From contig CCZZQB010000054.1 of the NCBI GenBank assembly GCA_973895155.1, positions 1 to 64,000 on the forward strand: 64,000 nt of DNA, in the 5' to 3' direction. The first letter of the stretch is position 1; every line of letters begins with the position of its first letter. Made by a program: the position numbers and the translations under genes. The notes beneath the pieces are model-generated. The model worked only from the letters and a program-made list of their open reading frames with translations. It did no database searches and had not been told where the DNA came from. This document shows positions 24,450 through 36,500 of this stretch, piece by piece. The stretch comes from Marsupella aquatica. Lineage: Eukaryota; Plantae; Marchantiophyta.

Positions 24450-24498
24450 TGTGATGCCTAGACAGGAATCACTCGGCCGGTTAAGTGGGTAAAGCAGG

Positions 24499-25889
24499 TG
24501 TCGTATAGTGCTAAGTATCAAAAGTGACTCTTCTCACCTAAAACCAGGGTTTCGATCCCTTTAAGAACAGATTTCAGAATGAATTGTATAACTTTTATCA
24601 CTCCGAGTGATTTAGAGTCTTGAGCTCTATGTTGACTTCACTTCTCAATAAAAAAAATCGAATAAACAAACAACAAAGTAACTGAACTTCTGATTTATGA
24701 ATTAGAGAAGAAATGAGTAAGGATTTAGAGACTACAAGCTGCTACTGCCACTCCTTCAGAAAGGATTTGGGCTCAGTATAGACATGAAATCTATCTCATA
24801 ATTCATCCATCTCACTCTTCAAAACACAAAGGTTAATGATAATGGAATTCTCAATCTGATGAAGCAGAAGCTTTCTGATTGCAAATGAATGATATGATTT
24901 AAAATGCCGTCAACATGGTTTGACATCAGCGATACACAATTCAGTCAAACTCTAAACCATATTCCAGAATCAAAGCAACAGTACTAACTACTCTGAGAAT
25001 CAGAATTTACTTCTCATTTATCATTAACTATTCTTGAATTGGCTAGCGAATCCCGACTCTGCAAGCAAGCCTAGCAGTGAATTCAATACGAGTTTCAGAA
25101 ATCTGCAACTGAATTCAATCACCACAGGAATCTCTTGAATTCAATCTTAACTTCAATCAATATAGCTTTACTTCCATACAAAACACTCACAGCATGCCTT
25201 GTTACAATGGAAGGAGGAGAAAACTATTCAGAAGACTCAATTCTGAATACAGTATTAACTCTATTTCTCTCTACTTCAAATGAGCATTCTACTCTGTCTT
25301 ATAAGTGCTGGAATCCTAAAATGGAGGAGGTAAGAACAGTCGTGCCTTTCCAAGCTTAAAACTAAACAAGGGAGAAGCACAGCATAAGTACTTCAACAAG
25401 GGTGGTAGAATACTACTTTACTAGTAATCTACTTCAAAAACTAAGTGTTGAGCGGACGCTGCTAGAAGCGTCGGGAGAATCTGGACGCTGCTAGAAGCGT
25501 CTTAAGTAAAACCAACGGACGCTGCTCACACTGCTCACAGCGTCAATACTAGGGTGGACGCTGCTCACAGCGTCGTGTGTTGAAGCTGACGCTTTCCACA
25601 GCGTCGGTCGAAATCCTCATAGAGTCTTGGTGGCGGTCGGGCGCTGCCAAAAGCGTCATGAGGAGGTTGGACGCTTCCGCAGCGTCTTGAGTAAAAGAAA
25701 CGGGCGCTGGTCACAGCGTCGGGCAAAGTACACTAGGAATCGTCAGGAAAGCCGGAGATGTCAAATATTTCTATAAGTGTCCAGAACAAGTAAATGTTGG
25801 CCGGAAGGTGTCTAAAGTGTAAGTAAATCTTGTGATATGCTAAAAATAAACAAGTTTCCAGAAAAAATTGCAGGGACACCCATACCACA
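24499..25889. mobile_element. Solo LTR of unrelated family C (1,391 bp)
   Basis: TGTCGTAT...ATACCACA near-inverted termini; TSD GCAGG (24494-24498, 25890-25894); absent from the 3' LTR of A1. Confidence 0.9.
25455..25720. repeat. Array of 8 palindromic units GACGCT-N5/6-AGCGTC with non-repetitive spacers
   Basis: Units start at 25455, 25484, 25518, 25557, 25588, 25640, 25670 and 25703; two units begin GGCGCT; the unit at 25518 has a 15-nt loop (9-bp duplication). Confidence 0.85.
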
Positions 25890-25960
25890 GCAGGAAGGCA
25901 CCCTAGGAACACCTTAGTATAGTGACAAAACAAGGAAAATATAAACAATTAGGGGCAACC

Positions 25961-28900
25961 ATGGAACCCGGGCAGAGGCCGGAGGTAAGGCTGAGGGTGA
26001 AAACCCGATTAGGGTTAGGGCGCGTTAAGCGTCGGCGGCTAGGAAGGATCAACGGGAAGAAGGACCGGCAGAGGAGAGGGGTAAGGAGCGCTTGCAGGAG
26101 ATGGTGGCTCATTTGCGAGCACGAACTAGGCAGACGACTACGGGAGGCCAACTACTGTCAGCTGCTTAGGCAAGCACTCGGGAGAGAGTAGATACCGACG
26201 ATCAACCTAAGGAGGGTATGAGCAACGTCAATCAAGCGGCACATTTCTGGGGATGCCTGTTCGAACGGGCAACTGAGTACATCAAGACTTACGAGGACGA
26301 GGAGTCAGAAAGGGCAGCTCGAGAACGGCAGGAGCTCGCTCGATTGTGGGAGCTGCAGAAGACGGCTTTCTTAGGAGGCGAACTCATCAAGGACGAGTTC
26401 CTGTGGACGCCTACTTCCAATCAACTCGACGATCTTCTGTTTTGCAAAGACAGCGTCGTCGGCATCCGAGAGGCCATCAAGAACTGCAACGACATACACT
26501 GGGAATTAAAGGGTAGCACGGAAAGGTGGACCCGGGCAACGGTGCTAGGAGAGACCTCCACGGCAGCAGAGATGAAGAGGAAGGGAGCCGTCAACGATGA
26601 AGCCACCCCGGCAAAAAGAACGAGGTCGGCGGCACCAAAGAAGCCAGCCGAGCAGCAGAGCAGGAGGCAGGGAGAAGCCGAAGAGGAGGAGGTCGATCCC
26701 ATCAAGGCCATTCCAACCAGGGATGACACCTGGAAGGGCTGGGCGGCAACCCTACCGGTGGAGGTGCAACTACATTTTGCACGGGAGGAGGATGCATGCT
26801 TTACGGCCATGCAGACCAAGAAGTACCAAGGCTTCATGGCCGGATCCGGCTTGGAGGCCTTTGTAAGATTACCATGGCTGAAGCCGGAGGTACCGGAGTC
26901 AGACCTATTAGAATTCGTGGGGTCATGGGAACCCGAGACCAATTGCACGAGGATATATGGGAAGGATTTCTATCTTACTCCCAAGGTGATTGCCGAAGTG
27001 TTTGGCTTGCCGATGGGCAATAAGACCAAAGTTGATACTAGGAAGACCTTGCCTGACAAGGAGTTCCGGTCGTTCCCCGGGCCATCAACGAAGAATGGCT
27101 TCTTCCGGAACACCTGCACCAACCCGCACATAGGAGAGATGATCGACTTCTTGCGGGTGACCATGCATTGTAACTTGCCGAGGGCAGAGATCGGCAAAGC
27201 ACAGGTCTATCTGGCAGAAAGGCCAGACCCAAGCCGGGACTACAACGGGTACCTCCTCAACCAATTGAAGAAGATCTTAAAGGAGGAGCAGCAGGTAATC
27301 GACATGGGGAGCGTGTCGCGGCTTGGCTATCACATGCCACTGTTGTGCCGGTATGCCAGAGGTCAGACTTTTGCCCCGGTACTTCCCCTGCAGGTAAGGG
27401 CACCCGAGGAAGCTCCAACGCCGAGGCCGTTGGCTGAGAAGCCTCAACCACCTGTTAGTCCTACGATCGAGCAGGTGTTTAGGCCCAGGAAGGAAGACTT
27501 GCCGATGCAGCAACCAGGCATGCAGAGTCTGCTGAAACTACTGGAGAAAGAAAAGAAATCGGCATCGGCAACAACAACAACGGCAACGGCAACAATGCAG
27601 GACACTACTACAGAGGTAGGCCTACACCGGCTCACAAGAGAAAACCCCTTTGCTGGAGACAAGGAGAGAATCAGGCCGGAATCCAAGCCAGGTGTTCGAA
27701 TGTACGTGGGAACCTCAAGCTCCGAATCTGAGGCAGAATTGCCTGAAGCTCCTACCGAGGAAGAGGAGAGGGAGAAGCCCGAAATCCAAGAGGTAGAGGA
27801 GGCAGTGGAGGACTGCAGCCATGATAATTCCGGCTATGGGTCGGACCATTACGTTCCAGGAGTAAGGACCTGTGGCCGGTTTGTCCCCACACTTCCAAGG
27901 GTAGTGCGAGGGGACCCCAACCAGCAGAGTAGCCCTGAGTCTCCCCCACCAGATGTTGCTCCCCCGAGCTTCGACGGCATAAAACAGACGGTGCAGGAAT
28001 TTCAGGAGCGAATCAAGCAAGAGGAAGAGGCCGCCCTGGCTAAGGAAAAGGATTTACCAGGAGGAGATTGGCCGGAGGACATCAGGCGGCTAGCCGAAAA
28101 AGGAAGCAAACCTCTAGCCACGATTGAAGAGATCCGCAGGACGGCTTGGGAGCAGAGGCCACGATGGGCGATGCCGATCACTTCTACTTACTCCACCTAC
28201 GCTAAGAATAGAGCCATGGAGTATGGTGAGATGTGTGGGGAACTTGCGCTCGGCATCTTTGGAGAGGAGTTGGAGGTAGGACCCTTTTCCATAGGGAGCA
28301 GTTGGAGAAGCACCAATTAGAAGAAGCGGTGGCTTTAGAGAGAAGCAAGAAGGACGAGGTCATTCGGCGGCTTAGGAGGATGGAAGCCGAGATTGAAGAT
28401 CTAAGGGCGGCCAAGAAAGCCCAAGATGAACTACGGATTAAACGACATGAGCTGAACATCATGCAGGGGCAGTTGGACGCCGCGCAGGCTGATAATCAGA
28501 ATATCAAGGATAAACTGACTCAGACGCAGGAAGAGTTGGCCGACACGATCAAAGAAAGGGAAAAGTGGAAGCAAGAGCTAAAGAATACAGAGGAGGCCCA
28601 CATAACAGCCAACAGCCGGGCCATGGCGGAGACCCAAAGAAAGGAATGGGCGTTGAAAGGGGAGCTCGAGAAAATCCGCGGAGCCCTTGAGCAGAAGGAG
28701 GTCGAGTTAGGGAAATCCTATCAAGGGATTATGGCGCTGCAGCAGGAGCTTGCGTCCCTGACGGCCAGCTTCAAGGCCGACCTAAGGGAGAAGGACGAGA
28801 TGCTCGAACAGACTTACGCCAAGATGAACCAGATGGAGTCTGTCATCATTGCAGAACTCGACAAGGAGCTAAGAGCAACCCAGGAGGAGAGGGCTACCTT

Positions 28901-29585
28901 GAAGAAGGAATTGGAGGAAGCCCACAGGGAGCAGGAGGAGGCCAAAAACGAGCTGGAGGGGGCACGTAAGGACCTGGATGAAACCCAAGAGGAGTTGGAG
29001 GAAATCACGAGGAAGATGGAAAACCTACAGCGGCGGGCCGACAACCAAACAGAGCGGCTGAAGAAACAAGCCGCAGTATTTAAAGGCTTAGCTGCAGCAG
29101 GTCCATCTCCTGTTGGGACAAACCAGTTACCAGGGGTGGTAATTGCCGAAGGACAAGCCGCGCCACCTGCACCAATGCCGGAGGTAAGTGGGAAGGGGAA
29201 GGGACCAGCTGCCGAGCCACCAACGAAGAAGAAGCGGAAACCTTCAGGGTCAAGGAGTAATACGACTTCACAGGCCGTGGTGATCAAGGAGGTAGACCCA
29301 GCACCGACCCCAGACAGGGTCACGGCTAAGGATCCAACTACCCTAGGGGAAGGGGAGGCCGAAGCCGTGGGAGTGGCTGAAGCCGAAGCCGTGGGAGTGG
29401 CTGAAGCCGAAGCCGTGGGTATTACCGAGGCCGGTGTCGAGGCCGAAGCCGAAGGTGGACCCAGTCAGGCCGATGGAGAGTTGACTCGGTCAAGGGCAGG
29501 TAATCTGTCAGTAGGCGGGCCAACGGCAGTGGCTAAGGAGGAAGTATTGGGGGCGTCCATTGAGGATCCACCACCGGTGTCGTGA
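25961..29585 (+). pseudogene. LTR-encoded ORF of A1 5' LTR (PMD-like N-terminus, coiled-coil C-terminus), two frameshifts
   Basis: ORFs 25922-26191, 26218-28320 and 28233-29585; 1-nt deletions in a G run (~26180) and a T run (~28286) relative to other A copies; consensus ~1,208 aa. Confidence 0.8.
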
Positions 29586-30510
29586 CGGTGCAAGGGCGCC
29601 GTTCCTTTTAGGGAGGGCGGACGTGGAGGGAGGAGGCGTGAGTGGGCAGGGCGGGCACGGATCTCCACGTTTAGGATTAGGATCAGAACCAGGAGCGGCC
29701 CTGACACTTAGCTTAGTGGGATTGCGGTCCCACTGGTAGGAGCAACACTTGTGCTCCTGCCTTGCTGTACATAGGTAGATTCGGGCAAGTAGATTATTGT
29801 TAAGTAGATTAGGCTTACGATGCAAAGAATGGCGGATCCACTACCAGGATAAGTACCTGGGCAGCGGGGAGCTCAGGGCCTCTTCTTTAGCAAGTTTTTA
29901 GTTTGCACCAGCCGGGCTGGGATCAAGTAGTACGAGAAGCTCTCGGTTAGTCATACAGTGACCCTTGTGTATATTCATGTTTCCTCATGCCTAAGAGCTG
30001 AATAGAGTTGGCCTCACGGCTTAGTTCGCAGAACTTGTGTATGAGATGTACTGTTTGTATGGCAAGTGCATGGTATGACTCAGTCAGAATGAGTCAATTT
30101 GCTATTTGTGTGTCGCATTAACTTGTGTGAAGAGTGCCCACATCAACAGAAGGAAGGAAAGTAAGCAGGGGAGTGAGAGTTGGATGTGTCGAGCTGAGAG
30201 AGGTCTTAGCGGCTTAACCAAGCCTATTGGGGATCATTCCGGCGGCGGAATCCAAACATACCTAACAAGACGGAGGGGAAGACAGGGGAAGACAAGGGAA
30301 GGCCTATATTAGGCCGGCTACGTATCTCATGACCCGATGAAGGATCTGTCCAGTATATGTGTGTAAAATGTTAATAGTAGTAGTAGAAGGTTAGCAGCGT
30401 CCCATGCCGCTAAGCCGCGGAAACGGCCTCGCCAAGCACGAAACCTGCGGGAATCGGCTTGAGCTGGGGGGTTTCTTGGGGTTAGGGAGCCATGGGACGC
30501 ACCACATTTT

Positions 30511-30528
30511 TGGCGCTAGATGGAGGGG
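30511..30528 (+). promoter_or_regulatory. A1 PBS (tRNA-Asn-like, TGGCGCTAGATGGAGGGG)
   Basis: 4 nt after the LTR end; 1 mismatch to the complement of the plant tRNA-Asn 3' end as I recall it (TGGCGCTAGAAGGAGGGG). Confidence 0.75.
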
Positions 30529-30575
30529 GCATTTCTTAAGCCGTGAGATATGAAGTTAGAACGGAAGCGTAGGTA

Positions 30576-33569
30576 ATGACTGACCTTACGCCGAGGGAAG
30601 AAAGAGTGATTCAACGGGAGAGAGCTCGACTGCAGCAGCTCGCCGGGTGGCATGATACACAGCGACTGAGAGGGGCAGAAAGAGCTGGTAGCTCCGAAAC
30701 TGGAAGTGGCGTCGAAGAAGACATACCAGAAGAAGAGTCGGTAAGGAGAAGTGAGTCTCCAACCGACATGGGGGAACCAGAGGCACGGCCAGACGAGAGG
30801 CCAGGGACCAGATTGAGCCAGCGGTCGCGCATACATTACAAGGCATTTCATGGGAGAGGAGATGAGGATCCGGACGAATGGTTGGATGATTTCGAGGGAA
30901 CCGTTGCAGCAAATGGAGAATCGGCCATCAAGATGCAGATTCTTCCCGGCCTGTTCAAGGGTGAGGCTAGGCCTTGGTACAGAGCATTAGATGTGGAAGA
31001 TCAAGCCATCTGGGATATCTTCAAAACACTCTTTGTTAAGGAGTTTCGACCCATTGGAACTTCAGAACTAGCAGTACTGAAGTTGGGACAACTTCGGTTC
31101 AAGGAGAACAAATCCTTCAGGAAGTTCTTGCAACGCTTTCAGAAATTGGTAAGACGTACAAAGACCAATGCATCTGAAGGTATGCAACTTCAATGGTTGG
31201 TGAATGCTTTGCCACAGAAGATGAGTTTTGCAATTAGGAAGGAGAACCCGGAGACCTTAGCCGAAGCAATTAAGGATATTCAATTATACATTAATGCAGA
31301 TATCACAAGCCGGAAGAAACAGCTTAAGTCTGAGAGTTCCTCATCAGAGGAGGGATCACCCCATAAGAAAAAAGATAAGAAGAAGAAACATTCCAAGAAG
31401 TCTAGAAGTGATAGGTCAAGCTCGGATAGTGGGAGTAGCAAGAGTGAGTCATCTTCTAGTTCTGAAGAAGAAAAAACTAGGAAAAGGAAGGGCAGAAGGA
31501 GAGGGAAGACGAAAGTCAAGATGGAGGCTAAGCCACCAGATAACATCGTAGCCCTTACCGAGCAACTTAAGGCTATCATTGCAGAGGTAAAACCAAAGAA
31601 GAAGGTAGTACAGGAGGATAGCTCTGTATGGTGTGCCTTATGTTATAAAACCGGACACCATAAAGATGCTTGTCCTAAGCTTAATACTAATCATGTTCGG
31701 CATGTGGCCGAGATCAGACCATGTCAGGGAGAAGTAGAGTACTTTTTGGGAGATGCCGCTGATAGTGTTTTCGGCATCAGTGAGACTGGAGCACGAGACC
31801 TATCCAACAGACCTGCATCTCTGTGGTCAGGGTTAAGGAACAATCCAGGAGAGATGTATCCTCGGATTATTCAGAACCCGTCAGTACCTCCTAGGCCGAA
31901 TGTGCAAAGATTTGCGGCGTGCTATAATTGTGGTCAACCTGGCCATTTTGCTAGAGAATGCCCGAATGCACGCAAACAGGGTGATGGACAACCAGCTCAG
32001 CTATGTATGGGATGCCGACAGGAAGGTCATATGCTAGGGCAATGTCCTACTTGGTTGGCAGGCCTGGCCGCAAATCATAAGCTTTTGCCGATCAAGATCT
32101 TACCGCCAGGTACTACCCCCGGAGGAGTTCAAATCAACCACATCGAACTAGGATGGCAAGAGGATGCCGAGGCAGAGTTCATACCATCTGATGATGAGGC
32201 CGAAGCCCTATCAACCTTCTCAGAGGAGGATTTAGATCATGATTGCTACCGGGTCTCTACTCGATCTACCAGAAGGAAGGAAAGGTGGGATGGGCTGGCC
32301 AAAAATAAAGGGAAGGTTACGGAGGAAAGGATCGACTCTTCGTCAACATCAACAGAAGGAGAAGGGAGGGCTCCGGCAATACAGGTAAGCCATGAGCCCA
32401 CCAGTGAAACCAATCCTTCACAAGATAGCGACTTCAATCGAGATCATCCTAAGTTGTTCTACCCCTCTGTTACGGCTAGTGTTAAGGAACAACTAAGAGA
32501 ATTAGAAACCCTGGAGAATACCGAAGCCATTGCCAAGGATGTAAAACGAGCAAAAGCATTGTTTGCTTCGGAAGACCCAACAGCTGTGGAGACTAGCGTG
32601 GCAAAACTGGCCGAATCCAAGACGGAAACACCACCAGAAGAGAAGCCGATTGTTCCCTATGACCTGGCTAAAGATGTACTAGAATCTAGAGTCTCGGCAA
32701 CAGTAGGTCAACTATTGAAAAATAGCCCGTACTTCCGGAAGCAATTAAGGAAGGCTATTCTCGGCAAGCCGAGATTACCCAAGGTAGCAACCAGATCCGA
32801 CGTACTAATGATAGAAGAAGATCAAGGAGCCCCAGCATTACCATTAATGATTCAAGGAGAATTATTACTACGGGTACCCATCGATGGAGGATCAGGGGTA
32901 TGTATTATGATTGATTCAACAGCAAAAGGGTGGGGTCTAACACCGGAGATGACTGGAAGAGTGTTGAACATGGCCAATGGATATCAGGTCATTCCGACGG
33001 GAGTGTTAACCGGCATCAAGACAGAGATAGGAGGTATCTTCTTTAGCATTAACTATGTAGTAATGAAGCCGGTAAATCCTACGTCATTCCGGCTATTGAT
33101 TGGTAGGCCATGGCTGTACCTAGCCGAGGTAATAGAAGATTGGGGTAAAAAGCAGTTCACTTTCGGGACCCCCTCTATCACGGTATCCTGGGACACTAAG
33201 GATGACCGTAGGAAAAGCATAAGGGAAGTAGATGGGTACGATAGTGGACTGGAGTCAGCCGATGAAGTACGTTGGTTAGAATGCTTCACTAACCTAACCG
33301 AAGAAGGTGTCTTTGGACCAGAGGTACCCCCCAGCGGATTATGGCAAGAACCAACGGAAGGTGACTTGGAAGAAGAAGACGAAGAGGTCGAGGACTGCTT
33401 TACAATAGAATCCACCTTTTTAGCTGCAATTCCGGAGGAAGTTAAGGATGTAGACCAATTGGATGAAACGGCTAAGTGGGGAGCAGTAGCAGGGACAGTG
33501 GATTTTCTGCAGGCGTTGTGGCAGAGCCGACGGGGTCCACAACGCCATCGATCATCGGCAAGAAATTAA
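30576..33569 (+). CDS. gag: A1 gag-protease polyprotein (997 aa)
   Basis: FHGRGDEDPDEWLDDF, FKGEARPWY, three Cys/His knuckles (CALCYKTGHHKDAC, CYNCGQPGHFAREC, CMGCRQEGHMLGQC), VPIDGGSG, LLIGRPWL. Confidence 0.95.
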   Translation: MTDLTPREERVIQRERARLQQLAGWHDTQRLRGAERAGSSETGSGVEEDIPEEESVRRSESPTDMGEPEARPDERPGTRLSQRSRIHYKAFHGRGDEDPDEWLDDFEGTVAANGESAIKMQILPGLFKGEARPWYRALDVEDQAIWDIFKTLFVKEFRPIGTSELAVLKLGQLRFKENKSFRKFLQRFQKLVRRTKTNASEGMQLQWLVNALPQKMSFAIRKENPETLAEAIKDIQLYINADITSRKKQLKSESSSSEEGSPHKKKDKKKKHSKKSRSDRSSSDSGSSKSESSSSSEEEKTRKRKGRRRGKTKVKMEAKPPDNIVALTEQLKAIIAEVKPKKKVVQEDSSVWCALCYKTGHHKDACPKLNTNHVRHVAEIRPCQGEVEYFLGDAADSVFGISETGARDLSNRPASLWSGLRNNPGEMYPRIIQNPSVPPRPNVQRFAACYNCGQPGHFARECPNARKQGDGQPAQLCMGCRQEGHMLGQCPTWLAGLAANHKLLPIKILPPGTTPGGVQINHIELGWQEDAEAEFIPSDDEAEALSTFSEEDLDHDCYRVSTRSTRRKERWDGLAKNKGKVTEERIDSSSTSTEGEGRAPAIQVSHEPTSETNPSQDSDFNRDHPKLFYPSVTASVKEQLRELETLENTEAIAKDVKRAKALFASEDPTAVETSVAKLAESKTETPPEEKPIVPYDLAKDVLESRVSATVGQLLKNSPYFRKQLRKAILGKPRLPKVATRSDVLMIEEDQGAPALPLMIQGELLLRVPIDGGSGVCIMIDSTAKGWGLTPEMTGRVLNMANGYQVIPTGVLTGIKTEIGGIFFSINYVVMKPVNPTSFRLLIGRPWLYLAEVIEDWGKKQFTFGTPSITVSWDTKDDRRKSIREVDGYDSGLESADEVRWLECFTNLTEEGVFGPEVPPSGLWQEPTEGDLEEEDEEVEDCFTIESTFLAAIPEEVKDVDQLDETAKWGAVAGTVDFLQALWQSRRGPQRHRSSARN

Positions 33570-36500
33570 ATACCAAGGGATCGGCATACAAGCCGATTAC
33601 GAGGGCAGAACAAATTGAGGCCCTATTAGAAGCCGAGAGAGCACAGCGGCCTAACTCGCAGGAGCAAGAGGTGGATGAGATGGACAGACACGATCCAGAG
33701 CCAAGGCAGGAAGGGGAGCCGGCCACTAATTCAAAACTGAATAGACCGGTAAGGGGACAATCTATGGACACCAAGGAAGGGACCGACTCGGCTAGTCCAG
33801 CCGAGATCCCAGTTTATGGAGGTATGAGATTAGAGAGACTGGAAGCCGAACTGGACCCGAATTTGAAGAAGCAGATTAATATGATCCAAGCACGGCAATA
33901 TCGGAAGCTCGACTTAGGAGAGGGAAGAGAACTGAACTTAGGGAGAAACCTAGCACCTGAGCTCGAGAAAGAGATCAGTGACTTATTGATTGAATTTCAG
34001 GATGTGTTTGCATGGAGTCACCAAGATCTAAAGGGCGTAGATCCAACACTAGGGGAACATCGAATTGATCTCATGTTAGGAGCCAAATCATTTCGACAAC
34101 CAATTCGAAGGATGAACCCGAAGTACTCCCTGCTGGTCAAAACAGAAATCGACAAACTAGTGGAAGCTGGATTCATCACTCCAGTCCTGCATTCAGACTG
34201 GGTGTCTCCAATTGTGATAGTTCCCAAGAAAGCTGGACCCGATGGTAAACCCAAGATCCGGGTTTGTCAGGATTACAGGAAGCTGAATGAAGCAACATTA
34301 AAAGACCATTTTCCTTTACCGTTTACTGATATGGTACTAGACATGGTAGCCAGTCATGAACTATATTCATTCATGGATGGATACTCTGGTTATAACCAAA
34401 TCAGGATTCGGCAGGAAGACCAAATCAAGACGGCCTTCATCACGGAATGGGGGATCTATGTCTTCAATCGTATGCCGTTTGGACTCTGCAACGCACCAGC
34501 TATGTTCCAACGATTAATGGTGAACATTTTTCATGATTACTTGAGAAAGTTCATGGAAATCTTCATTGATGACTTTGCAGTATTCGGGAAGGCATCGAAA
34601 CATGCTAAATACCTCAGGAAAACCTTCATGAGATGTAGGGAGGTGGGTCTCAAGTTACACCCAGATAAATGTTTTTTTGCAGTAACCGAGGGGGTGCTAC
34701 TAGGTCACAAGGTATCAAGGAAGGGCATTGAGATTGACAAAGGTAAGCTAGCAGTATGGCTAGATATCATGCAACCTAAGAACATAAAGGATGTAAGATC
34801 CTTCTTGGGATGCATTGGTTACTATCGCCGGTTCATCAAGGATTTTGCCAAGCTGGCTTTACCATTAACCAATATGCTCAAGGCAGGAGCAGACTTCGAA
34901 CCCACACCCGAACGAGTCACAGCGGTGGTAGAATTGAAGCAGATGTTAGTAGAGGCCCCAGTCATGATAGCACCGGACTGGAACAAAGATTTTCATGTTT
35001 TTGTAGATGTCTCGGGCTTCTGTATTGGCTCAGTACTAAGTCAGTTGGATGAGAAAGGAAGGGACCATCCCATATACTTCGCAAGCCGTCAGCTTGCCGA
35101 TGCCGAACGGAAATACTCTACCACGGAAAGAGAAGCATTAGGAGTCATTTATTCTTGTAAAAAGTTTAGGCATTATTTACTAGGGTACAAGGTAATCTTT
35201 CATACTGATCATGAAAGTTTGAAGTACCTAGTCAATAAGCCGGACCTTACAGGCAGAGTAGCAAGATGGATTTTGCTATTACAGGAGTTTGACTATGAGC
35301 TGAGGATCAAGCCGGGAAAGTTACATGCCAATGCCGACTTCTTTTCAAGGATCACAGGTAAACCTGCCACGGATTGCATCGATGATCGATTCCCCGACGA
35401 GGAGCTATTCGTTGTGGAAATAGCTGGTACATGGTACCCTGAGATTTTACAATTTCTCAGCACTTCCAGATTACAGCCAGGATTAAGCCGAGAGCAAGCC
35501 GCAGTCTTTGTGCGGAAGGTCAGACAGTATCAGTGCATTAAAGGCATACTGCACAAGCATGGAATCAACGGCATGATTCAAAGGTGTTTGGAAAAGAGAG
35601 AGGTAAAACGAGTCCTACGGGCCATGCATGGAGAGGAGGCCGGAGGACATTTTGCCCCAGTAACCACGTCTAAGAAAATATTAAATGCCGGTTACTGGTG
35701 GCCCACCTTGCACAAGGATGTCTATCAGTTTATCAAACAATGCGATCCTTGTCAACGAGCGGGAGGACCAAGGGCGTCCACCAGGCATCCACTGCACCCT
35801 ATTCTACCTCTGGCACCATTCGAGAAGTGGGGTATTGATTACATTGGACCTCTGAAACCACTGACCCACCCTCGACGGAACAAGTACATAATCCTGGCTA
35901 CGGATTATGCAACTAAATGGGTAGAGGCCAGACCAACAACGAAGGATGATGCAATTACTACGGCTAGATTCATGTATGAGCAGATCTTCACCAGGTATGG
36001 AGCACCCCTAGAATTAGTTAGTGATAGAGGAACCCATTTTTTGAATGATATAATTAGTCGTTTAAATGAGCAGTATTTAGTTAAACATAGGCCTACTACT
36101 CCCTACCATCCAAAGGCAAACGGGTTGACAGAACGAGCAAACGGAATCATAGGAAAGATATTGAACAAAACAGTAGCTCAGAACAAACTCGATTGGGATG
36201 ATAAATTGTTTGCTGCTGTTTTTGCTTACAATCTGGCCTATAAATCCACTACCGGTCATACACCCTTCTTCTTAACCTTTGGACAAGAAGCCCTGGTACC
36301 CATGCAACTTGACATACCGACATTTCAAGTTACAATTGAGGAAAGAGCCTCAGCGGAGGAGAGCCTAAAGGAGCGAGAATATAGGTTAGAAGCTTTAGAG
36401 GAAGCGAGAATGATTTCAGCCGAGAGAGTAGAATATAGACAGAATATCATGAAGCAGCAGTATGATAAAAGGTTAAAAGTAGTTAGTATTCATACCGGTG

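Larger units (their letters stand above)
24450..30506 (+). repeat. A1 5' LTR (4,661 bp net of the solo LTR C insertion and its TSD)
   Basis: 6,057 - 1,396 = 4,661 bp, equal to the 3' LTR length; ends GGGACGCACCACA. Confidence 0.95.

Noticed and set aside
25455-25720. CRISPR array
   Set aside because: Repeats are only 17-18 bp with variable loops, spacers are irregular (11-35 nt), the array lies inside a plant solo LTR, and there are no cas genes.
28270-28300. Programmed frameshift between the 700-aa and 450-aa LTR ORFs
   Set aside because: Heptamer phase does not fit, and the T run has 4, 5 or 6 T in different copies, with the 5-T copy in frame.
32870-32900. Protease DGG and RT FIDD as inactivating changes
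   Set aside because: Shared by A and B and typical of non-chromoviral gypsy lineages.
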